A stretch of 64,000 nucleotides of DNA from Balanoglossus misakiensis. Lineage: Eukaryota; Animalia; Hemichordata. Shown one piece after another: positions 1 through 11,842 of the stretch. Every line of letters begins with the position of its first letter. Position 1 is the stretch's first letter. The notes below the pieces were generated by a model. The model searched no databases and had not been told where the DNA came from. It worked only from the letters and a program-made list of their open reading frames with translations. The translations under genes and the position numbers were made by a program. The stretch lies in the NCBI GenBank assembly GCA_040954595.2, contig CM082592.2:9721677-9785676 (forward strand), read 5' to 3'.

Positions 1-878
1 CTATATTTACAAATATGTATCGCAATTAACTCAACCGAAGGATATTAACAGACAAAAAGATATATTATTACCTCAGGATAATTTGTGTTGTTTTTCGAAA
101 ATAATTTTACAAATCTTCGAGCTAATTGCAACACTTTGTCGCTTATAATGCAACTTTACAAAACACCAACTTGGAAGTCAAGATGCTTGAACAAAATACC
201 CTGAGAAAACTGCTGCTTTCGCACATATAAATGTATCATAATGATACACTATTACTTTTTCTGATCTAAAGACATATACTGCTTGTGACGTGCTTTTTGT
301 ATTTTTGGCCGGACGGCAGAAATCCTAAAATAAAGCTTACATTTCCGAGTAACAGTAGATCTGAATTATTTGCTAATATATTTATATAACAGCAATGTAA
401 GTTGATTGATACAAAATTATATTTGGTTGTCGAGATATGGTTTACGTAAATGATAATGTACGAGTGGAGTGCAATCGTTCAGATATTGAACGGCTTACAA
501 CTTCTCAATCATATCAACCAATCACAAGCTACATCGAACAGCTTTTCAACAAGGATAAGTTTCACACCATCAAGCCCTCATAGACAGTGGGTATTTCGGA
601 ATGTTATTACTGTGCGCCATTTCGAAACTGCAGACCGATTTATTTTGGTGATGGTGCCTTGTTAAATCTGAAAAGGTATGTTTACTGCAAATGCCAGCGC
701 AATCCCCAGCGCAATCAGCCATTTTGATTTTCCCGCTATACAGCGCCATCTGTAGTTCACCTTTGTAAAGGATTCTCCTATTTGACTATTCAAAATGGCT
801 GACCTCGGCAGATGGTGATTTCGATTTCAAACAGAATTTCTTCATTAATTTGACGAAGTTGCGTCGACCACTAGCACC

Positions 879-3800
879 ATGCGTCTACTCAAACCAGCAT
901 GGGTATCTCATGATGGTAAGTTTGTCTCGGCTCTCGTATTTCCGACCCGATCGCTTGCCTGTGATTGCAGAGAGTAAAGACGCCGACATTTTGTGACAAC
1001 TGACATGTGCGTACGCTGTTGCATTATATTGAGTCTACAGGTTCCTTTCACGTCTGCACATCACAATGCATTGACTCACATCCCATCTCTCCGTAGGAAA
1101 GCCGATCTTTTCCATAGATATCCATCCGGATGGTTCGAGGTTCGCAACGGGTGGGCAAGGTACAAAATTTTACCTTACTTATTCTTGATAACACTGCGTA
1201 AAATAACTTTGTTTACATTAATTATTCCAACAAATCGGGTCAGCTGATAGTGAAGGATATTTTGTTGTCCACAGGAGATGATTCCGGTAAGGTGGCCCTC
1301 TGGAACATGGCACCGGTGAAAAGTGAAAAAGACGAGAAAGATGAAAATGTGCCAAAATTACTTTGTTCAATGGACAATCATTTAGGTTTGTATTTTTGCT
1401 GTTGTCTTGTAATGAAAAAAGTGGTGTAGAAGGTGTTATTTTAGGTCCCAGTAGCCCAAACAGTTTTTTGGCTGGTATTGTACCCAAGGTATCTCTATTA
1501 ATAAAAGAGTCAACTCAGCTATGTTGGGTACATGCAACTTGACCAATGATGTTACCAAAATGTTACTATTTTGTCGGTTTGTTTATAGTCAAGCCTACAT
1601 TGTTTAAATACTGATATGCCACCGTGTAATTTACGAAACATCTCTCTTTCAGCCTGTGTCAATTGCGTGAGGTGGTCCATGAATGGCAAGTACCTGGCCT
1701 CTGGTGGTGACGATAAACTCATCATGATATGGCAATTTTTCGGCAGGTAATTACTGTAGCTAAGTGTCCCAGTATGCAGTTTTGTAGCTGCTTTATTCAA
1801 TTTAAACTTGTGTTGCATGGGAAGATATTGCATTGTATCATGGCTAAATAGGCCACAACTTACTTTTATGACAACCATAGCAGTCTTATGTCAGGTCATC
1901 TGACAGGAAACATCATTGATTAATTAAGAGTTGGTTAATTTTATCACAACAGATATGCCGGAGGCACAGCAACAGTGTTCGGTGGCAAGACAGTAAGCAT
2001 AGAACAGTGGAGATGTGTGTGTACTCTTAGAGCACATTCTGGAGGTAAGGCATCCCTTCACTGCACTGCATGGTACAGTCCGATCATTTTTTAGGGGAAT
2101 GGTTGCAACCATTTACATGGACGTGGGGGTTACCCCCTGGACACACCCAGACACCTTCCAACCATCAGTTAGGTCTTACGGCCAGGTGTCATTTGGGTAC
2201 AATGTCCAGGGGATAACTCTCCTAGAATCGTCCAAGCATTATAGAGAACCCTTATGAGATTACTTCATACATCATACATTGTGTATTTTGCTCAACTCCA
2301 GATGTGTTGGATTTGGCCTGGTCGCCCCATGATGCGTGGTTAGCATCCTGCAGTATAGATAATACAGTTGTTATATGGAACGCACTCAAGTTTCCCGGTA
2401 AGTGGTAAAAAAAATCACAGAGAATCAAGTGTTCCGAGGATGAAAGTGGATCACATTTATTCTGTCTCGTTTGGTTCAATTGGCCCAGGACAAGTCAGTT
2501 TCCACAACCTATACCATGGCATATCTTTTTCAGAGGTGTTGTCAGTGCTGCGAGGCCATACAGGTCTGGTGAAGGGCATCACATGGGATCCAGTGGGCAA
2601 ATACGTAGCATCACAGGTAAGCTTGAGACATAGTGAATGTGTCTTCCATTGGCTGCTGAAAACAAAAAAAACAGAAAGTGAAACTGGTAGTTTTGACAAG
2701 AAAACCAGTCCTAAGTTAGCCCAGTGCTTTAGCTTCTCAAATGTCGTTGTATATATTTTCAGTACAGTGTAAGTACATTCATTAGGTAAACTAGGAAGTT
2801 GGAACATAGCACTGGGAACAGTATGTTTTCAGTTCGATTGAACTCTTCAAAAACAAAATCGTGACCTCTGCTTCATTTTCAGTCGGATGACAGAAGTCTG
2901 AGGGTGTGGAGAACACTAGACTGGCAGCAAGAAGTCTCTATCACAAAACCATTTGAAGAGGTGAGTATTGTTGAGCCGTCCTTTCCCAAATAAGCCCTAC
3001 CGTATATAGATAATAGAGGGCTGCACCTCTTGTCATCAAGATCAGACAACTTGGACCGAAGTGCATTCACAACACTTGAGCTTCATGCTTGTGTTTTCTT
3101 TCAGTGTGGGGGAACGACACACGTTCTGAGGCTGAGTTGGTCGCCTGACGGACACTACATCGTCTCCGCCCATGCCATGAATAACGCCGGTCCAACTGCA
3201 CAGATCATCGAACGAGACGGATGGAAAGTAAACATGGATTTTGTAGGACACAGGAAAGCAATCACATGTGTGGTGAGTCATTAAAAAGGGGAGTTTTGGC
3301 ATTTGATTTTGAGCTCGTCTCTGCTTAAGAACAATCAGTGCAACTTCTGAAGTCTTGAAACAGCAGCACAAACTGTGTAGAGTATGGCTGGCAACTGTGC
3401 TGTATTAGACAGGGCGACACCTACCCTTTAAATACACATTTTAATATAAGAAATTGTATCGTTTTTCTCTCTCTCCCAGCGATTCAATCCCAATATCTTC
3501 AGCAAAACATTCAAGAAAGGAGGTACTGGGAAATCACAGCAGTATTCGTGCTGTGCGATTGGTAGCAGAGACCGTTCACTGTCAATTTGGGTAAGTTTAT
3601 CTAGGTGCAATTGGAGAGAATTCATGTTGTCAAAGATTGTCTGACTTTCCACCCACCCTCCACTATAAAGCTGAGTGTTTCTACATGAAAACCATGAGAC
3701 ATATACAGATGACTAATTAGAATATTATGTCTTTGTTTGTAGTTGACTGCCTTGAAGAGACCATTAGTTGTAACCCATGATCTGTTCAACAACTCTATCT

Positions 3801-6800
3801 TAGATATATCATGGTGAGTTTCTGGCTACAGAGCATTTAATGTTGTCAATGTAATCCTTACCAAAAAAAGCCTTCAGAAATGAGAACATGTGTAAACTGT
3901 GATACGGGAATTTCTTTACATATGTTGGTAACATTATATGAAAAATGCAAGTTTTAAATAATCCTCCACTTTTTTACGACAGGAGTAAAAGTGGTTTTGA
4001 GTTGCTGGTATGTTCGTGGGATGGTTCAGTGGCCTTCCTTGATTTCACAAAAGAAGAAATTGGAGACAGGCTAACAACAGATGAAAAGGTAAGATGGGGT
4101 TTGTTTGTGGTTCTGAAATTTGTTGCGTTGTAAACTGTACTGATTTATTCACTTTTTACAGAAGTTTTGTGTTACTACTAAATGTAGAACCTGTTATTGC
4201 ATTAGACTGCCAACCTTTGTAAGATCCAGCAACTTTTATGTCTTTTATTTCCCCCCAGGTCAAGCTGCACTTGAAGATCTATGGCAACAGCCTGTTGTCG
4301 ACCGACCGCAGTAGCTACGGCAACACCATCATCGAGACGCCGGCCATGTTGAAAATTCAGCAGCAGAAACAGGAGCAAAATGCCCAGAAGGCCACACAGC
4401 AGAGCAGCGTCAGCACACCAAAGAAAAATATTCCCATCATGGAGAGTGGCGACAAACCGGTATGTGTGTGGACATGTCCCTGAATCATTTACCCAGCATG
4501 CCTCAGTGGCAGTAGCTATGGCAACACTATCATTGATATGGCGGCCATGTTAAAAATACAACAGGAGAAGCAATTGTCATGTTTATGAGTTTCTATTTTT
4601 TTCCCCCATATTAAAGGCTATTGACCAATGCCTTCCTAACACTTCCATTGTGATAAATTTCCTGATTTTTCTTCCTTTTTAGAATCCATTAGCCAAGCAG
4701 ATTGAGACAAGGACAGCTGATGGTCGGCGGAGAATCACACCATTATGCATTGCACCACAAGTGGACCTGGGGTAAGACTTCTCAGAATGAATAATCCCTT
4801 TCTGTTAACCAGCTTCCCTGCCTTTCTTGAAAAATCAGTTCCTTCAGCATGGTGGCCTGTGCTGAGAGCACTAGAATGGGTGCTCAATACAGGAAGGCTT
4901 GAAGGGAGGAAGATTTTAAGGTTTGACGATCTGGTGACTCTGGCGAGAGTTAAATTTCATTGACCAGTGTGTCATTTATGTTACTTACAGAAGTGTACCC
5001 GAACCCTTCATCACCACATCGTTTGGATCACCAACATCAATGTCGGAGCAGAATGCAGACAGCAACCAAGGAAAGCCTCTGGACTCGAGCATTGCACTAC
5101 CACCATCCATACAGGTAAGTCAAAGGTCTATGACACAGCAAAACAGACCCCAACAAAGGAGGCCAGAACAGAGATGTTTCAAGTTCAATGTGGACAGGGA
5201 GACATTTGTCAATTGTGACTGGGAAGTAGTTAAAAGACAAATCACTAGGACATACATATCATGTACACTTTTTTCTCTGTACATGAATGGGACTCTAGGT
5301 GGCTCTCTATGAGACGCAGACACTTACATGTACTTATTGATGCCAACATTCTTCCTTTCAGCCGATGTCGGCACTCGATTCCAGACTGACTGGCAAATCC
5401 AAGACCAGCAAGACCAAGACCTCAACTTCCAGTGACAAAGAGAAGGAAAAGGGCAAGGAAGTGACTCCGGATAAGGAAAAGGAGAAGGAAAAAGAAAAGT
5501 AAGTTGTCAAGTAAGCTTTGAGATGTCTATGGTATATGGGAATAACATATCTCATATAAAACTTCATTAAATCATAATCATTAAATCATTATTTTTGAAA
5601 TGTGTTATACTCTATGGGAACATTTTCATTTCATTTCTTGCCCAGGACAAAAGAAAGTACCAAAACCAGAGAATCGAAGTCAGCAAGTACTACGTCGACT
5701 TCCGCCATTTCGGTCAAGAGAAAAACAGAAGCAACAACACTAGGAACCAAAAGACCAAGAAAAGATACTCTGGCCAAGGCTGCAGCAGCCACCTTGGCGA
5801 CCCCTGTAAGTGACCAGTTAGATCTTTATATGGCCTCCTCTTGAACTAGTATTTAATCAAATTGATAATTGTCACAACTGTTATTCTTTTGTTTTTATGT
5901 CACACCAGACTACTCCAGATAAAGAAAGTAGCAGACACGCGATTATACTCAGCTCAACTCTTCAGCTGCCTTCACCACTGCCACAGAAGACACTTTCCCT
6001 TGAGGTAAGTTGACAACGGTAATGTAGTCCTGGCTGCCTGGTTCTTGAACTGGACACTGCCCTTTGCTCTGCCATTCTGAAGTGAATATATATGTGGTCT
6101 GTTTGGTCTGTGTTGTAAAAGATCCAGTAACTGTCCTTTTTTTCTTGAGAAAAATGTAAAACTGACTTTCATGATACGAGCAAGTTTAACTGACGAAATA
6201 GTCTGCTTTTCCTGCCAATGTGGTCTTATTTCATGTGGTCATTTAATCTTTCTCTTTTTTACAGATACTTGGGAAAACAAGTACTGATCCGTCAACTAAT
6301 GTGCAGCTGGAAAATAATTTTACTTTAGCAGGTAAGGTTGGACAATGTCTTTTGAAAGGTCTTTCCCAACACAAGCTGGATTGGCACTGTCTTACACTGG
6401 ATTTGATAATAATTTCTGAGATTTTTGTGTGTGTTTTTTTTTCTGTTCTCCATTCAAGGTGTTACAGTTCATCGCGTGAAATGCCACCGAGAGAAACAGT
6501 TGGCTTGGGAGTCTGTCTTAACCAGTAGAGGACTTGCAATCGCTGGAAATAGGTGAGGCACAGAGAGAGCAGGACACAGAATTGCTTCTGAAGCATGAAA
6601 CATTGTACTTTGGTAAAACTCGGTTATATTGCATACATAGATCTAGATTTTCAAATGTTTCTATTTCAGTAATATGGTGTGTGTGGCCTGTGAGGACAAG
6701 AGTGTGTATATATTTTCACCGAGTGGACGTCGTCTTCTACCAGGCCTTGTTCTTTCTTCTGTACTAAGTACACTTCACTGCACCGGCCATTTTGTTATGA

Positions 6801-8290
6801 TAATTACTTCTACTGGAAATTTACATGTATGGTGAGTTCAGTCAGATATGCATTTTGCTGTTTGTGATGGATGGCAATTTTAAAAAAAGTAGCCATTAAC
6901 CAGTTTGTATGTGAGTTGCATTGAAAATAAGTAGCACCGTATTTCATTGCGAGACTTCATCCATCTCTTTTTTTCCGCAATACAGGAATATCAAGAAATC
7001 AAGAGCAATAATCCGGGAAGAGTCTTTGTCTCCCATAATGTCAGGTAGGACAGTGATATTGTGATGTTTCTTGCACCGGGAAGAGAGGGTGCCAATATAT
7101 ACTGTTGATTTTGTATTTTCCTGAAAATTCCCGACTGACTCCTCATTGTCTGTTTTCCAGGAAATGATGTAACAGTGAGTAGGTCCACACTGACAGAATT
7201 GGGATCGCCGATAATCACACTGTCCACAGGGAAAACGTTCACTTTTAACGCTGAGCTGTATTGCTGGTAAGCTAAACAAAATTGGGATGACTGGCTTGTG
7301 TGTCAAACATGGAGTGCATTGTACTGTCATGTGGGTGTCTGTATATCTATCTGTCTGACTGTTCATCTGTCTTTTGTCTATGCCATCAGCAAGCATCTGC
7401 AAACTGCAGATCTGAGCGACCACAGACCTGTGAACAGAAAGCCGTAACTGACTGTAACGCTGTCATCTGTTTTGTCTTCCTGTAGGACGCTGCTACACCA
7501 TGCTGACGACCCACTTCTGCAGTGTTCAGATTTCCATTCCTGTTTACCGTCTATGCAAGCATTACAAGTATCTGGTCCACTTTCTTCACTTCAAGCACCA
7601 ACTCAGAGGTAATATTACTTTGCCCTATCTTTTATAGTCAATGAGTTTTTGTGTCTCTTGTGGTCGATACTAAAAAAAGGTCAGTTTATGATTATTATCT
7701 TTGATCGTCATCCACAGGCCCAGACAGGCTGCCAAGATGTACAACATGAATCATAATCTTCAACAAGCTGCCACACTGAGCCATCTGGAGAACCAGGTTG
7801 CAGCAACACTGACCATCAAGTCCAATAAAGAGTACAGGTTTTGGCTGATGACCTACGTCAGGTACCTCGTGCAAGAGGGTAAGTGGTAGATATTTTTATG
7901 ATCTGGCAGGGGACTGTACTTTAAATATGAGGCATCCAATAGTGTACTGATGTCATTTTCATTGTTTTGCAGGTATTGAAAATAGGTTACGCGAAATTTG
8001 TGATGAGTTGCTGGGTCCCTTCTACAGAGGGGATGTGGAAGACAGCAAGTGGGAATCACATGTCTTGGTGAGCAATTTTTAATACATGCACTTGAGATTT
8101 CAGACATTCTACCATTTCCCCTTGGTGTAGTCAAAACATAATGCTCACCTGACCAATCGCGTCTCTTCTTTCACAGGGCATAACAAAGAGAGACATGTTG
8201 CGAGATATACTGCCAATCATTGGCTCCAACGTTCGACTACAGAGGTTATTCACAGAATATCAGGAGCAGTTAGAAATGACACGAAAATAA
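879..8290 (+). CDS. HIRA: Histone chaperone HIRA (multi-exon; span from ATG to stop)
   Basis: Spliced exons read MRLLKPAWVSHDG/KPIFSIDIHPDGSRFATGGQ; WD40 repeats (LRGHTGLVKGITWDPVGKYVASQ, CGGTTHVLRLSWSPDGHYIVSAHAMNNAGPTAQIIER); ASF1-binding B-domain KQIETRTADGRRRITPLCI (~4695-4752); C-terminus IGSNVRLQRLFTEYQEQLEMTRK* with TAA at 8288-8290. GT-AG introns. Confidence 0.97.
2119..2233. repeat. Intronic fold-back (imperfect inverted repeat), MITE-like relic in a HIRA intron
   Basis: GGGGGTTACCCCCTGGACA (2125-2143) versus TGTCCAGGGGATAACTCTC (2203-2221) matches 16/19. Inner arms ACCCAGACACCT / AGGTGTCATTTGGGT; outer GGACG/CGTCC. Confidence 0.6.
4509..4573 (+). other. Diverged intronic copy of part of the preceding HIRA exon (4308-4372)
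   Basis: Ungapped 65-nt alignment, 53/65 identical; translates SSYGNTIIDMAAMLKIQQEKQ versus exon SSYGNTIIETPAMLKIQQQKQ. Confidence 0.85.
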
Positions 8291-8969
8291 GACCATAGAA
8301 ACCGTTGCCAGTGTATTTATTTCTATCTCAGATATGAACAAAAGTTGATGTATATTTTCGTATGCTTACTGTTTTTACGTCAATCATGAATGTCGCAGGA
8401 TTGATGAGAGAAACATTTGCACTGTAGCAGTGTATGTAATGACGAGATTTGTCAGGATTTAATTATCGAGGTCATTGTTCTGATTCCCAACTCTCAATGA
8501 CAGGCCCGTCCTTCTATAGATTTTTTTTGCTCTGAGCACCTGTCATTTGGAAGTGCTGTAGTTTTGTGAATGCCATGTTTGAGTAGTTGGGGGATAGGCT
8601 TATGATCGTACTTCAAACATGGTATCTGAATGTACTATGCACTTTAAAAGTACTGGCTTGTCTCATCATTAACTACAGTTTACATGAATGTATTATATGT
8701 CCAACTTGTAAATATAGATACTTAACTTTAAAACATTTAGGTTTCTACTTAATTATCCGTAGTTTTGTATGCATATATTAATCCATTAAAATGATGATCA
8801 ATGGAAGATATGGATTTGTTTATCTCTCACTGCCAATTGCCACTATTGGTAAGATTCTGCTGATGTTCGAAGCATTTGTACTCTTTATTGACATTGTAAA
8901 ACAAAAATGATAAATTTAAATTACATCAAAAATGACATTTTCCAAGAGTAACATGATATTTTCAAATTG

Positions 8970-11261
8970 TCAAATCTCTATTGCTGCAACTTTTTTCTTC
9001 TTCTTTGCTCTTATGGGAGGTCCTTTGAACTTGAAGGCAGTGCTGTAGAATAAGTAATACATTTACCATTAATGATGTTAAAGTTAGCAAATGTCCCTTC
9101 AGACACAGATGCACTTTCAATTCACATCTGGTGTCCTCTAGTGAAATACAAAAGAGACTTGTATATATCCTTTTTCTGAAAAGTAAACCATTTTCAGTAA
9201 TACAGGAAAACACTTACTGACATGTGGAACAGATTGGACTGTAATTACAGAAAACTGCAAGAGAACGAGAAAAGAAATTAAGTAATTCAAGCTAGCAATT
9301 CAAAATGTTTGAGGAGGCCAATTTTTCTATCTAGCTATTGGCAAGAAAACTGTTCAAAAGATGTATTAAACTGACTTACTTGAGAGGCAGACTGAGCAGA
9401 CATAACCAATGTCTATGAGGGTTCTGTGGCAGAAACAGGCAGCTCTGTAGTCAACGTGAATGGCTGGAGGCAGTGCTAGATTGCCACGTGTTCCCACTGG
9501 TGGCAAGAAAACCCACTGTGAAGAAAATGACAAAATATCGATATTAGAGTGATGAACACTTAAACACAAATTCACAGTGAAGTACACATTATAGAAATAG
9601 AAGAATGTTTTGTCGCAAAACTGTCACCTACCAACAGATACTGAAGAAGCCCTGTCCTTTGAAGAATTCTCAAGTAAGTACCTCCAGTGATGTCACAAGC
9701 CTGAAATCAAAGAGTGGTATGGTAACTTCGCGTTGTTTGAATACTACAGCAAAGGATTTTCCCACAATCTGTACATGTTCACAGGATTAAGATGCACTTA
9801 CCTGTTGCAGTAATCCCGACTCTTTATCTAGAATGCAGGCATCAATGACAATGTTCTGAAAACAGAAACCAACATTCGTTGTACTGCAGTTGATAGGAAT
9901 ATTTATGAATATACACTCAAAATGTTCCTGGCTACTTACCACAATATGTACCATTGTTTAGTTTTTAAACAAAAACATTGATATCTTGATTTGTTACCTG
10001 CTTCTGTGCTGTAAATATAATGTTCATGAAGTCCATGTACTGCGAGGCACTGTCATCTGCTGCTTTGACGACCTTTGACATTAGAGATTAATAAATAATA
10101 ATATAATTAGCTGAGCATTTCCCAACACTGGCAATTTATGATTATATCAATACTCCTACTTTCCGTAAGAGATTTTGTTCACAGATTTCATGGGACATGC
10201 ACAAATCATTTTCCCTTATGTATACTGCATGATCCATTTCATTAAGAACTCTAGTGAATAATTAACTCACCAAGACTCTTGGTTTCAACTTTTCTCCAGC
10301 TGAAACAGACATGAAAATGCTATTTTACAAACAGTTTTGACACAAATGCGGAGATATCATGAATAGTTCTTTGGTTGTTTTGGCGAGACTAATGATCTGA
10401 ACACTGCTATACTTACCAGCTGCTTCTTTTTCAAGTCTATGGATATCTAACATAGTTAAAGAAAAGGGTCAGAGTGTTCATGTACATTTTACATGCATGA
10501 GTACAACTAATAAGCATTAGTTATGTGTAGTGATATATGGATGTTATGGACATATGTGAAGGATACAACAGAGAGCCATGGCGAGTGAACCAGCCAGTAA
10601 AGTGTCTGAGTGGAGCTCCTCTTCTTGTTCTGAAAGTTGAATGACGATAATTTTGTCAGAAAAATTTATAGTCTGCCGAACAGAACAACCATTCCAAAAG
10701 CTAACTTGGTCAAGGACGTCAGACACAACACTGTACAAACTTTCGACGTGGAGATATGGCTGAGCAATTTTACACACAGAATGAGATGAACTTAGACCTG
10801 TCATCAGCTGTTTCACTTCCTTGAAAACAGTAGTATCCACTTTGGCAAAGTGTTCGTATTTTCCATCTCTGGGTATATCCTGATATCTCGACTCTTCATC
10901 AATCTCTTGTGAACTTGGTAAAGGCTCTCTTGTCGGGTACAAAAATTGACTGCAGAGGAAAAACATAATCAGTGGTTTTACTACAACACTTGCTGAAACG
11001 TTGCATGCTTAGAAATGTTCATAAGATGAAGCATTTGATAGAGAATTCACTGACCTTCTATTTGTGTGACTTGCAATGACAGCAACTTTGTTCAGGTGGT
11101 GCAACATCAGATGTGAGTTGATGAAAATCAGGAGACTGTCTACACATTGAGCAAACGTCAACTTTTGGAGGAAAGAAAAAAATTATACAATGGATAGCTA
11201 GATATGTTAGATTAAAAAAATAACACAGATGTGCATCTCCTTCATGTTACAACTGGACAGC

Positions 11262-11312
<51 letters not shown>

Positions 11313-11689
11313 CCGTCATCAATTACCCTTAAGGGAGTTCACTTACATCATTTTCGTCTTTTAGTTTTCTCTGTCCCCACCACACTGGATTTACATCAAT
11401 TATTACCACCAGTAAACTTGCTTCTTCCTCTGTTAAAAGATGCATGAAATAACAGTGACATTGACATTATATCGCATACATTAGCATGGAGACACCGCCA
11501 TGGCCTATGGGTAGCGTCATATCAGCGGTGTTTCCATGGTTACTGTATGACGAAGTAAACTGAATCACGCTTATCCGCAGCACACACTATCTTACATATA
11601 AAAACAAAACACGGAAGGACTGAAGAGCAATCTGTCGTGCTTTTACAAACAGAGATGAAACGCACGCTTTTCTACTTACCAGCTGCCAT
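8970..11689 (-). CDS. GTF2H3: General transcription factor IIH subunit 3 (p34/Tfb4), multi-exon
   Basis: Exons read [60 protein letters not shown]...[25 protein letters not shown] (zinc finger), and [23 protein letters not shown]. Confidence 0.96.
10447..10566 (-). other. U12-type (minor spliceosome) GT-AG intron in GTF2H3
   Basis: Donor GTATCCTTC; branch TTTCTTTAAC 8 nt upstream of the 3' splice junction (…CTATGTTAG|); no polypyrimidine tract in between. Removal joins ALC-Y-IHR. Confidence 0.88.
11265..11312. repeat. (TCA)16 microsatellite in a GTF2H3 intron
   Basis: Directly visible trinucleotide run. Confidence 0.95.
11475..11549. mobile_element. Small palindromic element (Tc1/mariner-type MITE-like) in GTF2H3 intron 1
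   Basis: Arms CATACATTAGCATGGAGACACCGC / GCGGTGTTTCCATGGTTACTGTATG form a ~24-bp stem with one mismatch and one bulge. On the minus strand it reads TA|CAGT...AATG|TA, i.e. TA-flanked. Confidence 0.5.
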
Positions 11690-11842
11690 TTTGGTTCACG
11701 TGGTCAAAACAAACCCTCGATCGTGAAACACGTAGTGTGATTGGTCTGAGAATCACAGCTGACCAATAGAAAGCTGTGTACTGAAGTGTTCATTGCATCA
11801 GCTGAAGTTAGGAAACAGACGTTCCAAGAAGATTGCTCCAGG
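11690..11842. promoter_or_regulatory. Bidirectional promoter shared by GTF2H3 and EIF2B1
   Basis: Only 153 bp lie between the divergent ATGs. E-box CACGTG 11697-11702; opposed CCAAT boxes ATTGG 11740-11744 and CCAAT 11763-11767; YY1-like AAAATGGC over the GTF2H3 ATG. Confidence 0.85.

Noticed and set aside
330-700. Possible first exon of a divergent gene upstream of HIRA (minus-strand donor GTAAGC near 342)
   Set aside because: No recognisable coding sequence; a lone donor-like hexamer is insufficient.
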